This document shows, in pieces, positions 18,810 to 27,847 of a stretch of DNA of 64,000 nucleotides; position 1 is the first letter of the stretch; each line of letters starts with the position of its first letter. The notes beneath the pieces are model-generated. The model did not search any database, was not told the origin of the DNA, and saw nothing but the letters and a program-made list of their open reading frames with translations. Made by a program: the position numbers and the translations under genes. The stretch is from an uncultured Bacilli bacterium (GTDB taxonomy: Bacteria > Bacillota_I > Bacilli_A > RF39 > UBA660), in assembly GCA_947624505.1 (NCBI GenBank), contig CANQKO010000002.1:10097-74096 (forward strand). Reading direction: 5' to 3'.

Positions 18810-20318
18810 TTATTTTTTCTTTTTCCTATCATCTTCGAAAATATCATAAAATTCTTTAGTTTCTTCTTCATCTTTATTAACTATTTCTTTTACTTCATTA
18901 ATATCTTCTTTTATAATACTTTCTTCTATTTTTTCTTTATCTTCTTTTTGTTTCTTCTTTTTCTTTTTATCTTTCTTCTCTTCTTTAACATTATCTTTCT
19001 TTTTTTCTATTTCTTTTTTTAACTCGTCATTTTTCTTTAAGGTTTTCTTTTTACTAATATTAGTACTAATCAAAGATACTATAGCTAAAAATAAACCAAT
19101 TCCAAAAGCAATAATAATATAAAGATAAGTTTCATTTAATTGATTAAGTTCATCAATTCTTTCTTTATCATATAAAGTAAATGTTTTATTAATTGTATCA
19201 TAATTATAAAAATCTTTTTCACCAGTTTCAATGTTTAGGGCATAAACTACATAATTAGAAGAACTAGTACTTGCTTTAAAAACTTGATAACTATGGTCAT
19301 CTATTTCTTCTTGATACTTTGCTAATCCTGGTAATTCTTTATCATAATCTAATATAATTACTTTTAAACTGGTTCCTACAGTTTCAATATATTTATGATA
19401 ATTACCATTATCATAAATAAAGTTTTCTACTGTACCATCATCTTTTTTTAATCCTACTAAAGTATAATTTACTTTATCATTATAACAAGTAGGAATATTT
19501 AAGCCATTAATAACTACTTCACTTTCAGTAAATAATTGCGGACAAATATAATTATCTCTTAGTTTTATAACGGTATAATTTAAATTATCAATTTTAACAT
19601 TAATAGGATTTTGATCAATAACATTAACTAAAATGACATAAGTTTTTTCACTACCGTTTTCCGCTCTTACAACAACATTAATCGTATTTATGCCTTCTGT
19701 CACATCAATCGCACCATCACCACTAATACTAGCCTTGCTATCAGAGGCTGTAGCATTTATTTTAACTGAAGTAGTACCTTCTGGTACATTTACAGAATAA
19801 TTAGTTGTACTAGCACTAAAACTAGGACTTAAACTATAACCTTCAATACTTAAGCTTTTTAAATTATTATCTTTTGAATAACTATCTTCAAGTTGTTGTT
19901 GGGTAATTACTTTAATAGTTTTTTTACCTGCCGATACATCCATTTCATCCATATTATTATCATACACTAAAACACTTCCAATGGATAAATTAGTTGAACC
20001 AGTTTTGAGGGTTTTAAACGTAAAAGTATAACTTTTAGATTTAATGCCATCTTTAGTAGTAGCAGCAGAAACCATATAATTCCCGCCACCTTCTGCCGTA
20101 GATGATGTAAGTTGAAGATAATTCTTATCATAATTAAGTTGCATTTCCCAACTGCCAATTGCACTACTAGATGATAGTTTTACTGTTACCGTAACTTTTT
20201 TACCTACTACTACTTGACTACTAGAGGTAACACTTACATTAGCGGATGCGGCATTAACTACACAAGGAATAAATATAAGACTAATTAATGTTATAACAAA
20301 TAATTTTATTTTCTTCAT
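18810..20318 (-). CDS. type I membrane surface protein with a cadherin-like beta-sandwich domain and a K/E-rich cytoplasmic tail
   Basis: Signal peptide, an LSIEGYSLSPSFSASTTNYSVNVPEGTTSVKINATASD segment typical of the bacterial cadherin-like domain, a C-terminal TM helix and a poly-K/E tail. Confidence 0.65.
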   Translation of the reverse strand: MKKIKLFVITLISLIFIPCVVNAASANVSVTSSSQVVVGKKVTVTVKLSSSSAIGSWEMQLNYDKNYLQLTSSTAEGGGNYMVSAATTKDGIKSKSYTFTFKTLKTGSTNLSIGSVLVYDNNMDEMDVSAGKKTIKVITQQQLEDSYSKDNNLKSLSIEGYSLSPSFSASTTNYSVNVPEGTTSVKINATASDSKASISGDGAIDVTEGINTINVVVRAENGSEKTYVILVNVIDQNPINVKIDNLNYTVIKLRDNYICPQLFTESEVVINGLNIPTCYNDKVNYTLVGLKKDDGTVENFIYDNGNYHKYIETVGTSLKVIILDYDKELPGLAKYQEEIDDHSYQVFKASTSSSNYVVYALNIETGEKDFYNYDTINKTFTLYDKERIDELNQLNETYLYIIIAFGIGLFLAIVSLISTNISKKKTLKKNDELKKEIEKKKDNVKEEKKDKKKKKKQKEDKEKIEESIIKEDINEVKEIVNKDEEETKEFYDIFEDDRKKKK

Positions 20319-20331
20319 AATTACAACCTTT

Positions 20332-22074
20332 CTATTGTTCTATTTCATATGTTCCTAAAATTTCTTTTTGCACTTGTAATAAATCTAGGGCATTTATTTT
20401 ACCATCTTTAGAAGTATCACCAGCTTCATTATATTCACCGCTTAATTTATAAGTTCCTAAAATATATTTTTGGACTTGTAATAAATCTAGAGCGTTTATT
20501 TTACCATCACCTGAGGTATCACCATTAATAACAACTACTAAAGTTTCACTTTTTTCACTATTACTAACTTCTACTTTAAAGCCTGTCCCAATTAAACCAT
20601 CATTGACAATATTATCTTTACTATCTTTAATCGTTGCACTATTTAAACCAGCGATACTTTCAATGGCATTTTTTACAGTACTTACACTAGTTGATGGTTT
20701 AATACCCATTATATAACCACTTTGATATTTATAACCACTACTAATGATAATAGTACTAATATCAATTATCGTTTTTTCATCTTCTTCTGGTGTTTCGACT
20801 GCACCATTATCTTCCGATGTTATATTATCATCCATATTGTTGTAAACCGGAATATAAAAGATGAAATCACTATCTAATATTTCCATATTTTGATAAGATT
20901 TATAAGTTGTTTTTGATTCACTAGAAGGAGCAGCAATATTAGTCATATATTGATGTCCATATAGTTTACTAATACTAGTGGGAACAACATTAAATTTTTG
21001 TAAATAACCACTATACTGACCAACAGCTATATAAGATGAAGCAATCCCTTTTGCACCACCATAAAGAGCATTATATAAACTATTCCATCCTTTAGATACC
21101 GCATAATCAAGGCCACACACTGTCGTTCCTTTACTTGTTGCACAACTATCGGTAACCCCAAAATTATAAAAATTGTAATATCCTTTATATATTCCATTAT
21201 CACCGTCATAGATGCCACTATAAAGATTATATAAAGAATTACTATTACCAAGTTCTTGTAATATTCTTCCTGATATAAATATTGGACTAACATTTGCACT
21301 TAGGGAAGCATCATTAATAATAACTCCTAAATCATTACCAATACCTAAATGATATTTATAAAAGTCAGCATTTTTAATAACATTACTTACTGCTGATGGG
21401 TATTTTTCTTTTAAAGATTCACTATATTTTAAATATTCAAATTGAAATATAGTGTTTTCACTTAGCCAATTTCTGGGATCCATATAATAAGCAACGGCTT
21501 TATTACTTGCTGGATACCAAGTTTTAGAATAAGGATTTTTACAAGTTTTATCAATATTTTCTTCATTAGAACTAGCAATATAACTTTTGCCACATACACT
21601 TTCACTTTGAACAGCATCTTTAAAATCTAAATTAGTTAAAATAGGTTTAAAAATCCAAGTAGGATGTTTCTCTTTTAAACTACATAATCCTGGCCAATAG
21701 GTTTTCGGAAATCCTGATGCTTGTAATTCTTCTTCACAACTATTTGTGGGGGTATCATTATAAGTAATTTTGGAAACATCTACATAAGTGCTACAAACAT
21801 AACCTACATCACTCGCGTCATAATATATTTTATACCACCCATCTGGACATCCCTTTTCATCATTTACTTTATTTTCATCAACTAAATTATATTCTGAATC
21901 TTTTGTTAACGTTTTAATTCGCTCATAATTAGTTCCTGGACCACTTCTTAAACTGACATTTGTATCATTAATCTTTCCTTTAAAAGTATCAGCATAACAA
22001 AAATTCATTTTTAAAATGAATAGAAAAATAAAAACTAACATAAATATTAAATAGTTATTTTTAATATTTTTCAT
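20332..22074 (-). CDS. secreted SH3b-domain protein with a C-terminal type I dockerin and a possible cell-wall hydrolase core
   Basis: Signal peptide, an SH3_3-like block (VSLRSGPGTNYERIKTL), a central domain of unknown family, and two dockerin repeats DTSGDGKINALDLLQVQKYILG / DTSKDGKINALDLLQVQKEILG at the C-terminus. Confidence 0.65.
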   Translation of the reverse strand: MKNIKNNYLIFMLVFIFLFILKMNFCYADTFKGKINDTNVSLRSGPGTNYERIKTLTKDSEYNLVDENKVNDEKGCPDGWYKIYYDASDVGYVCSTYVDVSKITYNDTPTNSCEEELQASGFPKTYWPGLCSLKEKHPTWIFKPILTNLDFKDAVQSESVCGKSYIASSNEENIDKTCKNPYSKTWYPASNKAVAYYMDPRNWLSENTIFQFEYLKYSESLKEKYPSAVSNVIKNADFYKYHLGIGNDLGVIINDASLSANVSPIFISGRILQELGNSNSLYNLYSGIYDGDNGIYKGYYNFYNFGVTDSCATSKGTTVCGLDYAVSKGWNSLYNALYGGAKGIASSYIAVGQYSGYLQKFNVVPTSISKLYGHQYMTNIAAPSSESKTTYKSYQNMEILDSDFIFYIPVYNNMDDNITSEDNGAVETPEEDEKTIIDISTIIISSGYKYQSGYIMGIKPSTSVSTVKNAIESIAGLNSATIKDSKDNIVNDGLIGTGFKVEVSNSEKSETLVVVINGDTSGDGKINALDLLQVQKYILGTYKLSGEYNEAGDTSKDGKINALDLLQVQKEILGTYEIEQ

Positions 22075-22220
22075 AATATGCCTACCTTCATATTATATTT
22101 TAACATAGAATGCTACATTATTTCTCTATTTACGACATATTTTGACAATTATTACCATTTATTTACATTTTATTTAACTTGTATTATAATATATGACTAA
22201 CTAAGAAAGAGGGATTAGTA

Positions 22221-22433
22221 GTGAAAAAATTTGATACCATTGATATAACTTTAATTGTTGTAATATCCATTTATTTAGTTACTCTTTTAATGTTTCTATT
22301 TACTTTAGTTGATACAGAAGTTAGTAAAAGAAAAAAAGAAAAAGAAATACAAAATAAAAAAGTTATTAAGGAACACCCTAATAACTTAATTAAAAATAAA
22401 CATTATAAACAAAATATATCTTATCCTAATTAA
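22221..22433 (+). CDS. small membrane protein
   Basis: GTG start with an upstream GAGGGA RBS; one TM helix and a basic tail. Confidence 0.3.
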   Translation: MKKFDTIDITLIVVISIYLVTLLMFLFTLVDTEVSKRKKEKEIQNKKVIKEHPNNLIKNKHYKQNISYPN

Positions 22434-22969
22434 TCATTTTCATAATTATAAATACCATGTATTTTTAACAAATCATTTTCTGTTGGTTGACCAACAATAT
22501 ATTTATCTTTTTCTTTAGTTACTGTAAATGTAATTGTATAATCTATTTTATCATTCATATTTTGCATTTGATCTAATTTATAAGAAGTATATAATTCTTC
22601 ACTATAATTACCATCATCATCTAAGAATTTATCAGTATTATTAGCAAGATAGGTGCTAGCATCTTTACTAGCTTTATATAAATCATAAACACTTATTTTA
22701 ACGGTAACATAACCAATATCACCATCATATTCTTCCTCTAATACTTCAAATGTTAAATCTTTATATTGCTTTTTTAAGACTTCTCGATATTTATCTTTAT
22801 CTTTTTCACTTAGATTTTCACTTTCAACAATATTTTCTAAATCAACTAATACTTCACTATCTAATGATTTATATTTTTTTAAATAACTTTCTACCGCACT
22901 TTTAGCGGTACTTAAGCCACACCCACAAAGCAAAAACGTTACCATTATAATTGCTAATATCTTTTTCAT
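22430..22969 (-). CDS. lipoprotein
   Basis: Lipobox LLCGC after a signal peptide; 179 aa. Confidence 0.55.
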   Translation of the reverse strand: MKKILAIIMVTFLLCGCGLSTAKSAVESYLKKYKSLDSEVLVDLENIVESENLSEKDKDKYREVLKKQYKDLTFEVLEEEYDGDIGYVTVKISVYDLYKASKDASTYLANNTDKFLDDDGNYSEELYTSYKLDQMQNMNDKIDYTITFTVTKEKDKYIVGQPTENDLLKIHGIYNYEND

Positions 22970-23010
22970 TATTCACCTTCTACATTTATTATTATCTAAT
23001 AATAAAAATA

Positions 23011-23643
23011 TTATACATTATTATAAGACATTTTAATTAATTCATAAATACTATATTCTTTTTCTGTTAATTTATTATTTAACTTATTTAACATATTATG
23101 ATACATTTCATCTATACTTGGTAATAATTCTTGAAACCATTCTAAATAAAGATACTTTAACTTACTATATTCTTTTCTTTCATAAATAGAATTAATTTCT
23201 AATTTTAAAATTCTTTTAATTTTTAAATCTTGTCTTGTTTCATTATTTATTTCATCATCTTTAATTATCTTATAATTTATTTTCTTTAACATTATATTAT
23301 ACATAAATTCATTAATATTAAGTTCATCTTCTAATATTAAACTACTTTTACTTAGTACTTCCCCATTATCTTGAAATTCTAGTGCTATACTATTTTTACC
23401 ATCACTAAATATACAAGTATACTTTAAAGTATTATTACCTTTTAATTTTGTTTTATTTTCAATTAATTTTAAGAATTCTTCATCAATCATAATTTTTTTT
23501 GAAATAAAATTAACTAATGTTTTAGCATCTACATGGACTAAAGGTATTTTTTTAACATAGCTTATTTCATCTTCACTATCCCATTCATAAAACATTGTAT
23601 AATTATCTTGAAAATTTAATAATACATCATAATAATAATCCAT
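23011..23643 (-). CDS. hypothetical protein
   Basis: 210-aa ORF co-directional with and abutting the lipoprotein gene. Confidence 0.45.
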   Translation of the reverse strand: MDYYYDVLLNFQDNYTMFYEWDSEDEISYVKKIPLVHVDAKTLVNFISKKIMIDEEFLKLIENKTKLKGNNTLKYTCIFSDGKNSIALEFQDNGEVLSKSSLILEDELNINEFMYNIMLKKINYKIIKDDEINNETRQDLKIKRILKLEINSIYERKEYSKLKYLYLEWFQELLPSIDEMYHNMLNKLNNKLTEKEYSIYELIKMSYNNV

Positions 23644-23644
23644 C

Positions 23645-23839
23645 TTATTTCCTCCTTAAAGATAAAATAATTAAAATAACACCAACAAAAAATAAATCAC
23701 AGTATATACTTCTAATAATAAAATAAACAAATTCAAAAAAACTATACCCAATTGCTAATAAATTTAAATATAAAAAGATAAAAAATAACCCAATTACACT
23801 TAAAATATAACCAATTAACAATATTACTATTCTTAACAT
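23645..23839 (-). CDS. small two-TM membrane protein
   Basis: 64 aa and hydrophobic; its stop abuts the next gene's start. Confidence 0.35.
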   Translation of the reverse strand: MLRIVILLIGYILSVIGLFFIFLYLNLLAIGYSFFEFVYFIIRSIYCDLFFVGVILIILSLRRK

Positions 23840-23909
23840 ATTTATCTATTATATATTATTTCTATTTTAAAAAAAATATTATATAATTATAAAGAAAAGA
23901 GGTTAGATA

Positions 23910-24713
23910 ATGGATTATGTAAAATATTTAATATTAGGAATTATTCAAGGAATAACAGAACCACTTCCTATATCTTCTAGTGGACATATTTTCTTATTTA
24001 AAAATTTATTTAATACGGAGATGTTTAATACATTTAATTTTGAAATTATTTCTAATTTTGGTTCTTTTTTAGCTATTTTATTTATTTTTAGAAAAGATAT
24101 TATTAAATTAATTAAAGATTTCTTTGGATTTATTTTTAATAAAGATAAAAGTAAATATAAAAGTGGATTTATGTATGTTATAAAAATGATTATTAGTACA
24201 ATTCCAGTTGGAATTGTTGGTATTCTTTTTAATGATTACTTAGAAAGTCATTTTAATTCATTAACCATTTTAGCATTTACTTTCCTATTTACTTCTTTAA
24301 TGCTTTTTATTGTAAGAAACATTAAAGGCGAAAAAAGGGGTGAAGATATTACTTTTAAAGACGCTATTATTATTGGTTTATTTGAAGCAATAACTATTAT
24401 TCCCGGAATATCTAGAAGTGGTACTGTTTTAGTCGCGTGTCTTATTTGTCATTTAAAAAGAGAAGATGCCCTAAAATATACTTTTATGTTATATTTTCCT
24501 GTTAGTTTAGGAACAATGTTATTAAAAGCTCCAGATTTAGTAAATACTAGCACTACTCTTTTACTTCCATATTTAGTTGGTATGATGGCAGCTTTAATAG
24601 TTACTTATTTTTCTTATCAATGGTTAAGTAATATAGTTAAAAATGGTAAATTATGGCATTTTTCAATCTATTGCTTATTACTAGCTTTATTTATCTTTAT
24701 TTATTTTAGATAA
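23910..24713 (+). CDS. uppP: undecaprenyl-diphosphatase
   Basis: GIIQGITEPLPISSSGHI N-terminal motif and a PGISRSG block; 267 aa. Confidence 0.9.
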   Translation: MDYVKYLILGIIQGITEPLPISSSGHIFLFKNLFNTEMFNTFNFEIISNFGSFLAILFIFRKDIIKLIKDFFGFIFNKDKSKYKSGFMYVIKMIISTIPVGIVGILFNDYLESHFNSLTILAFTFLFTSLMLFIVRNIKGEKRGEDITFKDAIIIGLFEAITIIPGISRSGTVLVACLICHLKREDALKYTFMLYFPVSLGTMLLKAPDLVNTSTTLLLPYLVGMMAALIVTYFSYQWLSNIVKNGKLWHFSIYCLLLALFIFIYFR

Positions 24714-24720
24714 TATACTT

Positions 24721-24775
24721 GTTAACCTTCTGGTTAACTTTTTTTATAATCAAAAAGGAAGGATTAAATCCTTCC
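24721..24775. terminator. two back-to-back rho-independent terminators, one for uppP (+) and one for the 24823 gene (-)
   Basis: GTTAACCttctGGTTAAC followed by TTTTTTT on the plus strand; GGAAGGATTtaAATCCTTCC preceded by AAAAA (minus-strand U-tract). Confidence 0.6.
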
Positions 24776-24822
24776 CAAGAGTTAAGTCTATGAGGTTTTT
24801 ACGAGTTTTCCTTCTCGATAAC

Positions 24823-27003
24823 TCATTTTGCAATGATGAAAGGATCAGAGGAAGTACCTGTTCCAGAGGAAACTGCACCCGTTGACCCAACGTAAAATAC
24901 AGGTCGTACATCGTACTCCGAATAATAAGTATCGATATTAATCTTCCCGTTATCATATCTAATATTAAGACTATTGCAATGCCTTACCATCCAACCGTAC
25001 CTTGTCATGGTCCACTCCCGACGCTTATCGGTTTCATTACCCGAATTACCACCGTATAACCACCCCATACATCCCGTGTAGCAATTTGTTTCGGGGTCTC
25101 CACTAAAAGCATAACTATAATCGCTGACGGACATAAGTCCGACTTTCGCATCTATGGTGTCAGTCCACCTATCCACGAAACCGTCCTTCACATCATAACC
25201 ACCACTCCAGCTAGGAGCCTGACCCGTCTCAATAGAATACAATACCTCGGCACCGGCGTTGTAACAAGCTCTCCCGTTTCCGCAGTCGTACCCCATATCA
25301 CCATAGAGCCAAGTCGTCGAGATAATTTTATCCTGCCAGATTCGGTCCAACCCCAAAAGGAATTCACTTCCATTCACAGCATCGAATAAGGAACTCTCAG
25401 CCCACTTCACACATGTGGAATCTTCGTTCTCCCATGGATAACCCTTATTATTTAGTCGACCATTCATGATCAACTTCATCTCTCCCTCCTCTGTCATGCC
25501 TATTATTCTATAAATATATTTATTGTTCCTTATTCCGGACCTACACTCCGATACATCATCATAACCAAAACAGATGAAATTATCCACGATGTCATTGCAC
25601 CCATCGCTTTCCGCATTACAAGAACCGTAGAACCGATACATCCCTCCCAAAAGTTCATCACTAATTCCGTTCGGTATTACTTTTAAAACTTCTAAAGCTT
25701 TTCGTTGTCCTTCAGACATCTTTTTTTCTGTAATTACCTTTACATTTGGATAAGGCGATTGACTATATCTTCCTGATGCATCTCTCACTCTTGCTTCTAT
25801 GGTATACTCTGTTCCATCACTTAAATTACTTATTGTACAACTTCCATCTGGAGCATTTGTCCACTCTTCTGTTCCCGGTACTCTACATTGTCTTTCTATT
25901 ATACTACTACTTGGTGTTGTATCTGTTCCACTTACTATTACTGTGATACTACTTGTATCTTGGGTATTTTTACTTATTGTTGCTGTTGGATTTGTTTTAT
26001 CTAACGTTATACTCTTTGTTGATGTTGTATTTATTTCTGATTCATTCCCTGCTTTATCTTTTACTTTTATTTTTACACTATGACTTCCTTCTGTATCGTT
26101 TAATGAATATTCTTTATTTGTTAATGATGTTGATGTTAAATTATCATAACTACAATTATCTTCATATACACAATATTGGTCTATATTTGTTTCTGTTATA
26201 CTTGTACTATATTTTATATTTTTTGTATGAGTATATAATGATGAATCACTTAATTGTTGGTCTTCATCTGCTGTTCCTGTTAAGGTAAATGTTTTTACTA
26301 CAGGTTTTGTTTGATCTACTGTTATTGTTGCTGTGGATTTATCTGTTGTTACTGATATATTATTTGCTTTATCTTTTAAATATATATACATTGTTTTTTC
26401 GCCATCATTTTTATCTTTTAATGTATATGTACCACTTGTTTCACTTAATGTTTGCCAATTACAATTTTCTATACTATTTGTTTCATTTATACAATATTGT
26501 TTTACATCACTTTCATTATCTGTATATGTTACTGTAAATGGTATATTATCTGTTTGATAAGTAAAATTATTACTTAAAGTTGTTCCTCCACTTGTTTTCC
26601 CTGTGACATTAAAAGTATTTATTGTTGGTGTTTCATTTTTATCAAAATATAAATCACAATATATTGTATTTTTACTATTTATGGTTATACTTCCATTTAT
26701 TACTCCATCAGTTAATTCTTGAGTTACAGGTATTGGTGTTATTTCTTGATCATTATAACCTTTACATACTGTTTTAGTTGTATTTAGTAAATAACCACTA
26801 GTTGGAAATGCTATATCAGTTGATGGATCATATATATCACCTCCAACTGTTTTTTGTAAATATATACTAAATTCTTTTCTTTCTATTTTACTTACTTTAT
26901 TCTTTTCTACCACACTAGTATCTTTTTTAAATACTGTTATTATACTTATTATTGTTAATATTACTATTGTTATAATAATTATTATTCTTTTATTCTTTTT
27001 CAT
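24823..27003 (-). CDS. N-terminally anchored surface protein with Ig/Fn3-like domains and a ~300-aa Cys/Trp/Gly-rich C-terminal module
   Basis: Start likely at MKKNKR (27003). TM anchor and beta-rich repeats. A ~90-aa block is almost identical to one in the 27848..29479 protein. The C-terminal coding third has markedly higher G+C than its surroundings. Confidence 0.7.
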   Translation of the reverse strand: MKKNKRIIIIITIVILTIISIITVFKKDTSVVEKNKVSKIERKEFSIYLQKTVGGDIYDPSTDIAFPTSGYLLNTTKTVCKGYNDQEITPIPVTQELTDGVINGSITINSKNTIYCDLYFDKNETPTINTFNVTGKTSGGTTLSNNFTYQTDNIPFTVTYTDNESDVKQYCINETNSIENCNWQTLSETSGTYTLKDKNDGEKTMYIYLKDKANNISVTTDKSTATITVDQTKPVVKTFTLTGTADEDQQLSDSSLYTHTKNIKYSTSITETNIDQYCVYEDNCSYDNLTSTSLTNKEYSLNDTEGSHSVKIKVKDKAGNESEINTTSTKSITLDKTNPTATISKNTQDTSSITVIVSGTDTTPSSSIIERQCRVPGTEEWTNAPDGSCTISNLSDGTEYTIEARVRDASGRYSQSPYPNVKVITEKKMSEGQRKALEVLKVIPNGISDELLGGMYRFYGSCNAESDGCNDIVDNFICFGYDDVSECRSGIRNNKYIYRIIGMTEEGEMKLIMNGRLNNKGYPWENEDSTCVKWAESSLFDAVNGSEFLLGLDRIWQDKIISTTWLYGDMGYDCGNGRACYNAGAEVLYSIETGQAPSWSGGYDVKDGFVDRWTDTIDAKVGLMSVSDYSYAFSGDPETNCYTGCMGWLYGGNSGNETDKRREWTMTRYGWMVRHCNSLNIRYDNGKINIDTYYSEYDVRPVFYVGSTGAVSSGTGTSSDPFIIAK

Positions 27004-27127
27004 AGACAACCATCCTATCATATTAGTGCTTATAGCACAATAACAATATAACATATTTAAATTAAAAAATCTAGTGCTATAAGCCCATAAAATTATTTTT
27101 TGATATATTAGAAAATATTAATAGGAG

Positions 27128-27376
27128 TTGGTGTTAATGGCACTAAAATATAGTGATGATTACTATTATAATATTGTAAGAAAAAATATACGAAAATACC
27201 GAAAAGAAAAAGGATACACTTTACAAAAGCTTGCTGAAGAAGCAGAAATGTCAATGGATTATTTAGCAGAGATAGAAAGTGAAAAAAGAAAGAAAAGTTT
27301 TAGTCTTGCAATTCTTGGCAGAATAGCTGAAGTGCTTGATGTAGATATAGTTAAATTTTTTGATAAAAACAATTAA
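27128..27376 (+). CDS. XRE-family HTH transcriptional regulator
   Basis: 82 aa; YTLQKLAEEAEMSMDYLAEIE is an HTH_XRE helix-turn-helix; divergent from the surface protein gene. Confidence 0.75.
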   Translation: MVLMALKYSDDYYYNIVRKNIRKYRKEKGYTLQKLAEEAEMSMDYLAEIESEKRKKSFSLAILGRIAEVLDVDIVKFFDKNN

Positions 27377-27605
27377 AATAATGATTTCTGTATTGAAGTA
27401 ATTTTAGTAAAAAAGTATCTTTAATTCTTTCGTTAACTTTTTAGACGAATTCCACGGAATATCTATTTTCTGTATATGTAAAATACTTAATTAGATATTC
27501 TTTTTTTATTTGACAATATATTTTACGTATTAGATCATTTATTATAAATGCTTATTTTTTAATAAGATTAATCTATATTGCAAAATTTTTTTAATTTTTA
27601 AAACT

Positions 27606-27645
27606 CAAAAAGAGTGAGAAAATCCCACTCTTTACTACACATTAG
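27606..27645. terminator. hairpin terminator in the intergenic region
   Basis: AAAGAGTGagaaaatccCACTCTTT preceded by an A-run and followed by weak Ts. It reads as a U-tract terminator on the minus strand. Confidence 0.4.
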
Positions 27646-27847
27646 AATTTAACACTTTGTATCTCATTTTTATGAATTTTACTTTGATATTTTTTAGATC
27701 TTGACCTTAACATTTTCACTAAGTCTATGAGATTTTTACAAGTTTTTCTTCTTGAATCTATTTAATTTATAACTTAAAACCTTTTAGTCATAAAAATAAT
27801 AAACTAACGGAAAGTTCTTTTACTAAACTTCTCAAAAAAATTAGCCA

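Larger units (their letters stand above)
18046..18811. repeat. tandem duplication of a ~396-bp intergenic module
   Basis: Copies 18046..18415 and 18442..18811 are near-identical with 396-bp periodicity and a few point differences. Each carries a small ORF, a UUCG hairpin, a 10-nt long-range complement pair and a palindromic terminator. Confidence 0.9.

Noticed and set aside
18046-18811. The G-rich, UUCG-hairpin structured segment as a known riboswitch or housekeeping RNA (SRP, 6S, tmRNA, RNase P)
   Set aside because: It is not in a leader position for any plus-strand gene, and none of the consensus cores recalled for SAM, FMN, TPP, glmS, tmRNA tag or SRP domain IV are present. A small-ORF/antisense (type I TA-like) explanation fits better.
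24750-24956. 68-aa minus-strand ORF overlapping the 3' end of the 743-aa gene
   Set aside because: It lies in a different frame inside the GC-rich C-terminal coding region and the terminator. Its stop-free frame is explained by the elevated GC.
25188-26557. Plus-strand ORFs (61-111 aa, Leu/Tyr/His-rich) antisense to the 24823..27003 surface protein gene, and 28296..29210 antisense to the 27848 gene
   Set aside because: They are low-complexity translations opposite an AT-rich coding strand, with no RBS and entirely inside a well-supported gene.
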